Origin: a virus
Lineage: Duplodnaviria; Heunggongvirae; Uroviricota; Caudoviricetes
IMG/VR virus record: IMGVR_UViG_3300032007_000002
Length of the DNA: 64,000 nucleotides
Strand: one strand, 5' to 3'
Numbering within the stretch: the stretch's first letter is position 1; each line of letters starts with the position of its first letter. The position numbers and the translations under genes are program-made. The notes under the pieces are model-generated. The model was not told the origin of the DNA. It made no database searches and saw only the letters and a program-made list of their open reading frames with translations. Below are positions 56,557 through 64,000 of this stretch, one piece after another.

Positions 56557-59500
56557 ATGCAGAATGAAGACAAGCTGATTAAGCAGATTGACGCGATGAC
56601 CTACAACGCGCGGCAGGCTATCAACGCTCTCAACCGCTCGGTGATGAAGGCCGGGTCGTATAACGGGTTTACCGTCGAACGCGCTGGCGAGACGGTAACG
56701 CTCGACCGTGCGGACATCTACAAGCTGTATAAGTTCTACGAGGAATGGGAATACCGTTCCGGGGAGACCCCGTTCGCACAGGACATGTTCGAGACGGCGA
56801 TGGAACAGGCCGACATCCAGGTTGGTGGTCCGTCCGCGTCAGAAGTCCTCGTCAAGCACGCCAAGATACTCTATAAGAGCGCCACGAACGCGGAGCATAC
56901 CGATGACCAGTTCTGGCTCGACAAGATCAAGAATGCGACCAACCCGAAGCTGGTCTCCAACTCGGCGCCGATTCCGCTGAACTTCCGCGCCCCGATTTAC
57001 GACGAGAACCTTTCGACGAAGCATTACAGCCAGTATGAGACCTACCTGTTCCCTGCCGGCTACAACTCGATTGACCTTCTCGGTTTCCAGGGTGACGGGA
57101 CCGACCACCTCGCGGGTGGCCTGAACTGGCGCTTCGAGATTGACGACACGTTCACCGTGAACGCCAACAAGTTCCTGTTTGGTACGCACCGGTTTGACGA
57201 AGTGAAGGCGATGCCGTACACCGACTACAACGAGCGCTTCGCGTTCATGACCGGTGTCGATTGTTATGGCTACGGGCCGAATACCTTTGCTGGTGGCCAT
57301 AGCTGCGTTTCGTATCTCGGTGAGTCGTTCTCATACGGCTATGGCGGTGTCGCCTATGGCGAGGAGTCCGCGACGATTGCGAGCCTGTTTGGGTATTCCC
57401 TCGGGACAGCGTCGTTTACGGAAGGCGGGTATATCCATGCCACGGCCGATTTCGGCGCCGCGTTCAACTACATGACGCAGGCCGGCGGCTATCGCTACAA
57501 GTTCACTACGTTCGCGGACGACGATGACGATACTGCGGACAGCGGAACCGAATGCCAGAGCCGTATCGTGGTTGACGGATGTACTTATACCCGTGCCACG
57601 GGTGCCACCGTGTCCAAGGCGGGGCTTGCCCCGAACCAGATCCGTATCGCGAAGGATGAGTGGGATAACGGCATGCACAGGTTCTACCTCTCTGTCGGCG
57701 ATTCCGTGTATCTCTACAACTGGGAAACGGTCGGCTCTGATGGCAAGGCCCAAAAGCACAATTCTTCCGAAAGCTGCGTCCTGAAGCCTTTCGTCTGCAA
57801 GATTACTGAAATTTCATCCAACGGCAACCTCGACAAGATTATTTCTCTCGACAAGAATGTTACCAACCGCGAAGGGTTTGCTATCGCTGGCGGTAGCATC
57901 TGCGCATACCAGGTTGAAGTTACGGGCATGAACCCGTATAATGCTGCCAACTGGACAACGCCGGGTGCGAACTCCGCGATTACCTATACGGTCGAGTGCG
58001 GCCGTTATAGCGCCGCGCTGAACTACCAGACTACCGCGATGGGCATGGCCCAGACCGTGGTCGGTGCCAACAACGTCCCGATGCTTGAACCGAGGTTCAT
58101 TGTCGGCTGTGGCTATATCGACCGCATGACCCCGGGAGCGGGTTCCGATTTTAGCGGTCTTGCTGGCCGCATGGAAAATGCGTTTGTTGCCGGCCCGAGA
58201 TATTCGTTCATGAAGCTGGCCAATTCCAAGGTGATTGTCGGTGTGTCCGACCATCGCAACACTGCCGATATGCCGGCATGCGGCTACAATACGGCCGTCG
58301 TCGCGGACGAGGCATCCAAGTATGGTATCTACCAGCTGACGGGCGCATACGCGATTACCTGGGACCCGACCGAGAAGATTAAGGGTATCAGCCACGTTTG
58401 CTATGACCGTGGCGAGTTCTCCGTCAATGGTGATGGTCTTCTCGTTCGCCCGATCCCGACCGGCGACCGTTCCGGCGCTGCCGAGTTCGGTTTCCGTGAC
58501 ATTTCTACAAGGCTTGGCGGTGCCCATGGTTCCACGGTAATCTGGTCAGGCAAGGACCCGGACAAGGACCAGATGATGTGGGAACGCTACCAGTACATCC
58601 AGGCTCGGAACGCTGGTACGGAACCGATTAACCGTGTTCACATCTATGGTGAGGACGGCATCACTGTGGAGACCCCGCAGACAATCAAGATGATTGCCCG
58701 CAGGACGGACGGTAACGAGACTTCCTACATCGACATGGATTTCGAGCGTCTCATCCTGAGTGGCCAGACATACGGCGCCCTTGCTGCAGACTGCACGTCC
58801 CGTTCTTACAGCCTCCGCGGCGATACGCTGTTCGTGAACCCGGAATACATGGCCCACAACAGGGAAAGCCACAGCGGCTTCCACTTCGACTGGGCGGACG
58901 GCTATCTTCCGAACGAAGGCCTCCCGGCCGCGTTCCAGAAGTCTTCCTACTGCGACGCATACCACTCTATCGTCAGCTCCTATGTCTATTCCACGACATC
59001 CACCCACTTCAAGGAAAACCACGACGACACCCAGTCGAACAGCGCCTATGACGTGGCTGGCTTCATTCTCCCGGGTGCACTCACCGACTCCATCATGCGC
59101 AACATGTATGTCATGCCGCGTGTCCAGGTCTTCTCCAACACCATCTTCGGTGACGGCAACGGAGGCAAGAACCCGGAAGGCGCATCCCTCTATGAGGAAC
59201 TCGCCTACATGCGCGATGTTGACATGGCCATTGATACGGCACCGAAGGAAAGGGTCGGCACCGGCACCTACTGCCGCGTGGAAAATGGCGTCGTAAAGAC
59301 GAATGACACGACCGCGTCCCAAACAATTCCGGCTTACGTCTATGACAACAAGACCGGCATCATCAAGAAGACCGTTGAGGGCGTGTTTACTACGCCGTGG
59401 TTGAGCGGTGGGCTGGATGGGACCGCCCAGCAACAGGTCCACCAGATGATGGGCGATTATGGCATTATGTGGAACGCCAATTCGTTCGGCTACTGCCTGT

Positions 59501-60030
59501 CCTATGGCAAGTGGGGCATGCCGCTTCTCGACAAACTCTGCATTACCTTGACTGGCCACATCATCACGGTCTCGTTCAACCTTAACCTTACCCTCCTGCA
59601 GCACTACTGCGGAACATCGTATTATCCGGCTGAACTCGACAAGACGAACCGCCTGTGCGGCCTGCGCTTGCCGATCTATCCGTCGATTGGCGACATCAGG
59701 TACCTGGACAGCAAATACCAGGTCCCGATGCTTACCGGCGGTGGGCCATACGGCTATCGCTCCGGCATGACGGTTGCGGCATATTTCCCGACCAGTACGA
59801 GCGCGATGGTATTGGATATCCAGTGGACGGCCCTTATCAACGGGGGCAATATCGTGGAAGCGCCGAATGTGCCTATTGTCTTGCAGGGACCTTGCGCATT
59901 TGCGGCAAAGTCGTCTGCCGAGGACTTCCTGAGTTCCCATCACTCGTCTGCCCTGTCATACTGGGACGGGAAGGCTGCGGTCACCGATGCGCAGATCAGG
60001 AACGCGTTCAGGCAAATCAACTTCTCGTAG
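56557..60030 (+). CDS. Tail fibre/adhesin-like protein with YadA-head-like repeats
   Basis: ~14-aa repeats (GPNTFAGGHSCVSY, GESFSYGYGGVAY, GTASFTEGG, YSAALNYQTTAMG) followed by QTVVGANN...RFIVGCG...NAF; late promoter. Confidence 0.68.
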   Translation: MQNEDKLIKQIDAMTYNARQAINALNRSVMKAGSYNGFTVERAGETVTLDRADIYKLYKFYEEWEYRSGETPFAQDMFETAMEQADIQVGGPSASEVLVKHAKILYKSATNAEHTDDQFWLDKIKNATNPKLVSNSAPIPLNFRAPIYDENLSTKHYSQYETYLFPAGYNSIDLLGFQGDGTDHLAGGLNWRFEIDDTFTVNANKFLFGTHRFDEVKAMPYTDYNERFAFMTGVDCYGYGPNTFAGGHSCVSYLGESFSYGYGGVAYGEESATIASLFGYSLGTASFTEGGYIHATADFGAAFNYMTQAGGYRYKFTTFADDDDDTADSGTECQSRIVVDGCTYTRATGATVSKAGLAPNQIRIAKDEWDNGMHRFYLSVGDSVYLYNWETVGSDGKAQKHNSSESCVLKPFVCKITEISSNGNLDKIISLDKNVTNREGFAIAGGSICAYQVEVTGMNPYNAANWTTPGANSAITYTVECGRYSAALNYQTTAMGMAQTVVGANNVPMLEPRFIVGCGYIDRMTPGAGSDFSGLAGRMENAFVAGPRYSFMKLANSKVIVGVSDHRNTADMPACGYNTAVVADEASKYGIYQLTGAYAITWDPTEKIKGISHVCYDRGEFSVNGDGLLVRPIPTGDRSGAAEFGFRDISTRLGGAHGSTVIWSGKDPDKDQMMWERYQYIQARNAGTEPINRVHIYGEDGITVETPQTIKMIARRTDGNETSYIDMDFERLILSGQTYGALAADCTSRSYSLRGDTLFVNPEYMAHNRESHSGFHFDWADGYLPNEGLPAAFQKSSYCDAYHSIVSSYVYSTTSTHFKENHDDTQSNSAYDVAGFILPGALTDSIMRNMYVMPRVQVFSNTIFGDGNGGKNPEGASLYEELAYMRDVDMAIDTAPKERVGTGTYCRVENGVVKTNDTTASQTIPAYVYDNKTGIIKKTVEGVFTTPWLSGGLDGTAQQQVHQMMGDYGIMWNANSFGYCLSYGKWGMPLLDKLCITLTGHIITVSFNLNLTLLQHYCGTSYYPAELDKTNRLCGLRLPIYPSIGDIRYLDSKYQVPMLTGGGPYGYRSGMTVAAYFPTSTSAMVLDIQWTALINGGNIVEAPNVPIVLQGPCAFAAKSSAEDFLSSHHSSALSYWDGKAAVTDAQIRNAFRQINFS

Positions 60031-60040
60031 GAGCCTTTAG

Positions 60041-61897
60041 ATGTCAACCAAGATTTCGACACTTGAAGCGAACCCGCTGGGTCATATCACGGGTAGTCTT
60101 GCCGTTTCCCAGGCCAATTACGAGGCCATCCTCAATGCCTTGGTCGAGTGGGAGCACAGCAAGATGGACAAGGTCACTGTCCGTCTCAGCACGAACACGC
60201 CCCCGTATTTTGTCGATTATGTCCTTTCGACGAAGCACGCTGCCGACAAGGGCGGTGGCGACAATGCGGTGGCGCCGTTTCTCGGCGCGGGCAAGTATGC
60301 CTACAAGGAAATGCACCGCGTTTCCGCGACCTACGATCCGGCAAACCCGGACACCGTCGTTGCCCGCATTACTACCGGTTCCGACTTTGGCAGGAAGGCT
60401 AAGGTGTATGCCGTCCCGGCAATCTATGACGAGTGTTCAAGGTGGAACCCGGACACAAATTCCACGGAATATTACGTGGCCGACAAGTTCACCAAGGATT
60501 ACCCCGCCGGGACGTATTTCGCCCGCTGCATAGGCAGTCTCGATGACCAGGATGTACCGGCATCAATCGCCCTCTATGTGACGACGGCCGATGTCGTTGC
60601 GGAAGACGCCATTGTGTCTGGAACTGGAACCGGAAGCAACTGCAGGCCAGCGGTGATTGACTATGTGTCCAATCTGCCGTTGCCGACGGAGGATACGCTG
60701 GTGAAGTATCGCGGGGTCGTCTATGAGCTCGCTTCCGACCGGAACATGTCGTATCTGCCGGACAACCCGAAGTCCGGTTTCAGGAAGTTCTGTGATAGCT
60801 ATTCCGAGGAGGCAGTCTATTCCTACGGAACGCTGGTCGAGAAGGACGGGATGTTCTATGTCTATCAGTTCGACGCGGATTCGTCGGTGGCCCCGGCTGA
60901 GCTGGTTGAGGATGCGGGAGGTGACAGCGCCCTCGTGGAGAATACGGACTACTGGGTCCGCATGTTCCCGCTCGATGCGCACTACTCCGTCGGCAATGGC
61001 GGGACGCTCCGGTACAAGCTGGTTACGGACATCTCCGGCTTTATCGTCAAGAACAATTCGTCCGAGCCGTTCATGTCGGATGCGGAAATCCGCATGCACA
61101 GCTCCCTCCGCATCCCGGCAGGCCGCACGGTGCAGCCGAAGGGCGTGGAGATTATCCCGAGCTGCAACTACATCCAATACCCGGATTCCCGGAATGCGAA
61201 GTGGGTTTCGGGGAAGACCTACGGCCCTACTGATACGTCTATCGGCGTTTACGGGTTGCAGGACTATTCTTCCGTGATGGTGTTCAGCCATGCGTCCAAG
61301 GATGTTTCCCGGCTCAACATCATCAACTATGACGGACCGGACCTTGATCAGGGCCTCGCAATCTTCCTTCCCGTAAATGTGGTGGGCAAGAATGATGAGG
61401 TGGTGTCGCCGAAGGATGGCGCCATGTTCGAGTTCATGTTCCGCATCTGGCCGACACCGGAGCTCAATGGCGGAAAGGTGAACGACCTCATCGTGAACAA
61501 GGCGCACATCTACGTGTATAACGTGATGGACTATGCCGACCTCGACCTCGCCTCCCGCCAGTTCTCCAAGAACAACGCGTGGCCGATTGCGAAGTTCAGC
61601 ATGGCCAGGATGACCAACTTCTATGTGTTCGGCGAGAACGTCGCAATTCCTGACCGTCCGGTAATCTACAAGGCCCGGTTCATCTACAACGCCACGGACA
61701 ACGCCTGGCAGACATTTGACTATTACCAGCTCCCGGACCATATCTTCATGTCCCCGAACGGGTTTACCGATTCTGCGGAAACTGCGGGCTTCCCGATGTT
61801 CCAGGATCCGTTCTCCCGCAGTGACCTGAGCCCGATTAGGGTAGGCGCCGAATACTATGGACGGATGAAGGGCGTCTGGAACCAGCCGGAAACCTAG
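60041..61897 (+). CDS. Putative structural protein with CBM5/12-like aromatic repeats
   Basis: AGGAG SD; TLVKYRGVVYE and YSYGTLVEKDGMFY; co-transcribed with the fibre gene. Confidence 0.6.
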   Translation: MSTKISTLEANPLGHITGSLAVSQANYEAILNALVEWEHSKMDKVTVRLSTNTPPYFVDYVLSTKHAADKGGGDNAVAPFLGAGKYAYKEMHRVSATYDPANPDTVVARITTGSDFGRKAKVYAVPAIYDECSRWNPDTNSTEYYVADKFTKDYPAGTYFARCIGSLDDQDVPASIALYVTTADVVAEDAIVSGTGTGSNCRPAVIDYVSNLPLPTEDTLVKYRGVVYELASDRNMSYLPDNPKSGFRKFCDSYSEEAVYSYGTLVEKDGMFYVYQFDADSSVAPAELVEDAGGDSALVENTDYWVRMFPLDAHYSVGNGGTLRYKLVTDISGFIVKNNSSEPFMSDAEIRMHSSLRIPAGRTVQPKGVEIIPSCNYIQYPDSRNAKWVSGKTYGPTDTSIGVYGLQDYSSVMVFSHASKDVSRLNIINYDGPDLDQGLAIFLPVNVVGKNDEVVSPKDGAMFEFMFRIWPTPELNGGKVNDLIVNKAHIYVYNVMDYADLDLASRQFSKNNAWPIAKFSMARMTNFYVFGENVAIPDRPVIYKARFIYNATDNAWQTFDYYQLPDHIFMSPNGFTDSAETAGFPMFQDPFSRSDLSPIRVGAEYYGRMKGVWNQPET

Positions 61898-61902
61898 TTT
61901 TC
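61891..61902 (+). promoter_or_regulatory. AACCTAGTTTTC element
   Basis: Exact motif; its TAG is the upstream stop; ends 4 nt before ATG 61907; no hairpin here. Confidence 0.5.
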
Positions 61903-61906
61903 GGCC

Positions 61907-62482
61907 ATGCCGGCCAAGAAGTATAAGTGTGTTTTCCCAGGATGCAATTACGAGACCGATGAGCGCAGGCTCATCGAGTTTCATCATGTGAACCCGAAAG
62001 AACTTGGGGTGAAGCTCAACAAGGATGTGACCATCCAGCTATGCCCCGTCCACCACAAGATGATTTACCACCCGCTCGCGAAGAGCGGGCAGCACGCAAT
62101 CAAGGACGAGCACTCCCTGTCCGTCGTGCAGGTGGCGAATACGACTACCGGGAAGGCCGTCATATTCCGTGACATGGCCGGCCATGAGATAACGGTCGAG
62201 GTGGATAGCCGCCCGCCGAAGCCTAGCGCAATCTATGCGTTGTCGTGGTCCCTCGTTGGCGGCATCTCCGAACAGGAGGTGAACGACTGCGATTCCTACG
62301 TGGAACAGCAGGTCGATATGCGCGGGTTCCATCAGGTAGGAAACACTATCTACTACAATTCTGCACACTGTACGGTGGCCCATGAGCTGCTGAAAGCCTA
62401 CATCACCCAATACATGGTTACCGCCAAGGCGGAGTTCTTTGCCGCGCTTGCCAAGGCCCGGGCGGACTACCGCCGGTTATAA
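61907..62482 (+). CDS. HNH-family nuclease-like protein
   Basis: CVFPGC...EFHHVNP...LCPVHHKMIYH. Confidence 0.75.
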   Translation: MPAKKYKCVFPGCNYETDERRLIEFHHVNPKELGVKLNKDVTIQLCPVHHKMIYHPLAKSGQHAIKDEHSLSVVQVANTTTGKAVIFRDMAGHEITVEVDSRPPKPSAIYALSWSLVGGISEQEVNDCDSYVEQQVDMRGFHQVGNTIYYNSAHCTVAHELLKAYITQYMVTAKAEFFAALAKARADYRRL

Positions 62483-62486
62483 ACTA
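62478..62486 (+). promoter_or_regulatory. Putative late promoter TATAAACTA
   Basis: Exact motif overlapping the HNH stop, 26 nt before ATG 62513. Confidence 0.75.
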
Positions 62487-62512
62487 GGGTAGAAGAATGT
62501 GTAGGTTTAGCG

Positions 62513-64000
62513 ATGGCGGATGGGAATATAAAGCATTTGATACCGTCGGTCTTGTTCAATACGGAACAGGAATATGCCGGGTATTATGATGACAGCAAGA
62601 AAAGCCGCGCCCGCACGAACATTGGCGTAGAAAGCCTGTCGGGTTCCCGGCTTGGCGATCATTATTTCATGACGCATATTGCGACCGAAAACGGGAACCT
62701 TGTCCCCAAGGCTGTTATACCGGGCATTTCCGACATTGCCAATTTGACCGAAAGCCTTTCCGGCAAGAAAGATACCCAGAACCCTGTGGAGGGCGGCGCA
62801 TCCGGCACGGCTGCGGCAACTTCCGATTTCACGTTCATTTCCAATGTGACGCAGGACCGGCAGGGTGTAATCACCCGTGAATGGAAGAAGGTTCCTGATG
62901 CGAGCACATCGGCAAAGGGAGTCGTTCAGCTATCGGATGCGACCAATTCGAGCAGCCATTCTTTGGCAGCTACCGCCTATGCCGTGAAGCAGGCGTATGA
63001 TGAAGGTCATGGCGCAGTCCATTCTGTTGTCGCATCGAGCACTAACGGAAATGTCACTGTTGATGGGACTGACGTTCAGGTTTATCGGCATCCGAGCCAT
63101 ACCGCCTATACTGGAAAGCCGACCGCAAATGCGACGCCTGGTTTTGGTGATTCGGTCACAATTTCCCAGATTGCGAGCGATGCGCTTGGGCACGTGACCG
63201 GGATGACTGACCGGACGATAACGATTCCGGCAACGAAGGCAAGCAGTTCTAAGTTGGGACTGATCCGTTTGAACTATTCTCCGGCTTCCGGCGCCAAGGA
63301 ATATGCTGTCAAGGTAAATTCCAGCGGCGATGCCTATGTTGCGGTTCCGTGGACGGATAGCGATACGAAGAACACGGTCGGGGTTGGGACCAAGAGCGGG
63401 GTGTCCGATACGATGTCGTTCTATTTCCCGTTCACGTCGTCCGTAAGCGGGAGCAGCCAGCAGTCATATACGAAGACTAACGCAAATACCGGCGATGCGT
63501 TGCTTGAAGCGACGTATGATGCGGCCACGAGCGAATGGTTCTTGGATTTTGCCGGGTTCCGTGTTCCGGTGTTTGCACAGTCGGTGGTAGGGGTCAACGA
63601 CGCCTTTGTTGCAACCGATTATGAGGGCCGGCTGACAGTTAAGAAGGGGCCGGTTCGCTATGAAAACGCTGTGACGGGACTCGCGCCCATTCTCCAGACC
63701 GATGATTACACAATGACCATTATTCAAAAGACTGGCATCATTTATGACGGGTCGCAAGTTACGTTGGGACCAGACAAGACGCCTATTGGTTTTTTACTTC
63801 CGCACGTTACTCCGAATCTTATTCCTATTATGGATCTTGACCAGGATGGCCGGACGTATGCGGATGAGATGGATCGTGTGGTTGCAATGGTCGAATACAA
63901 TGGCAGTAGGCCTCCGCTGCTTGCTGTGCAGTGGCGTAACATTCCTGGACAGGTTCATGAGGTGAGTGTGGAGAATTTTGATTCGCACCATCATGAAGTT
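62513..64000 (+). CDS. Tail fibre protein, 3'-truncated and absent from the supplied ORF track
   Basis: Manual translation: MADGNIKH...KSRARTNIG...VPDASTSAKGVVQLSDATNSSSHSLAATAYAVKQAYD (phage tail fibre repeat)...SDALGHVTG; same frame still open at the window end. Confidence 0.85.
   Translation, partial: MADGNIKHLIPSVLFNTEQEYAGYYDDSKKSRARTNIGVESLSGSRLGDHYFMTHIATENGNLVPKAVIPGISDIANLTESLSGKKDTQNPVEGGASGTAAATSDFTFISNVTQDRQGVITREWKKVPDASTSAKGVVQLSDATNSSSHSLAATAYAVKQAYDEGHGAVHSVVASSTNGNVTVDGTDVQVYRHPSHTAYTGKPTANATPGFGDSVTISQIASDALGHVTGMTDRTITIPATKASSSKLGLIRLNYSPASGAKEYAVKVNSSGDAYVAVPWTDSDTKNTVGVGTKSGVSDTMSFYFPFTSSVSGSSQQSYTKTNANTGDALLEATYDAATSEWFLDFAGFRVPVFAQSVVGVNDAFVATDYEGRLTVKKGPVRYENAVTGLAPILQTDDYTMTIIQKTGIIYDGSQVTLGPDKTPIGFLLPHVTPNLIPIMDLDQDGRTYADEMDRVVAMVEYNGSRPPLLAVQWRNIPGQVHEVSVENFDSHHHEV

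Noticed and set aside
9736-61987. Long antisense ORFs (e.g. 9736-11706, 20991-22811, 42629-44785, 45847-47598)
   Set aside because: Shadow frames of GC3-rich + strand genes, with no motifs, RBS or promoters.
1-64000. Stop-codon reassignment as seen in some large phages
   Set aside because: Core genes are full length in the standard code and end with TAA, TAG or TGA at sensible positions.
50167-64000. Diversity-generating retroelement acting on tail fibres
   Set aside because: No reverse transcriptase or template/variable repeat pair noticed in this window.
1-64000. tRNA, rRNA, introns or inteins
   Set aside because: Intergenic gaps are short and explained by promoters and terminators; no cloverleaf seen; conserved enzymes appear uninterrupted. 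tRNAscan/Infernal were not run.

Overview
This 64-kb window is part of a large T4-like myophage genome (GC roughly 55-60%, standard genetic code, almost all genes on the + strand). It contains a reshuffled T4-type replication/recombination block (12.9-33.2 kb: uvsX, gp41, RuvC-like resolvase, gp33-like, gp32, gp61, gp45, uvsW, dUTPase, rnh, gp46) and virion genes (gp25-fusion baseplate protein, scaffold-like protein, lysin-like protein, gp20 portal, gp23 major capsid, several tail/fibre proteins). Three intergenic motif classes recur: a late-type TATAAACT(A), an extended -10-like TTTGCTATATTT, and an unexplained AACCTAGTTT(T)C usually followed by a short hairpin. The most notable observations are: (1) a 62-aa gene just after the capsid gene that aligns without gaps to the clip region of the phage's own portal, a candidate portal decoy or packaging regulator; (2) three unrelated glycosyltransferase-fold proteins that all show Asn at the second DxD position, two of them fused to HTH domains inside the replication block; (3) a winged-HTH plus family-A-polymerase-like protein on the - strand; (4) a gp32 with a ~220-aa disordered tail ending in a bacterial SSB-type DLPF tip. 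All family calls come from motif recognition by eye; no database searches were run.
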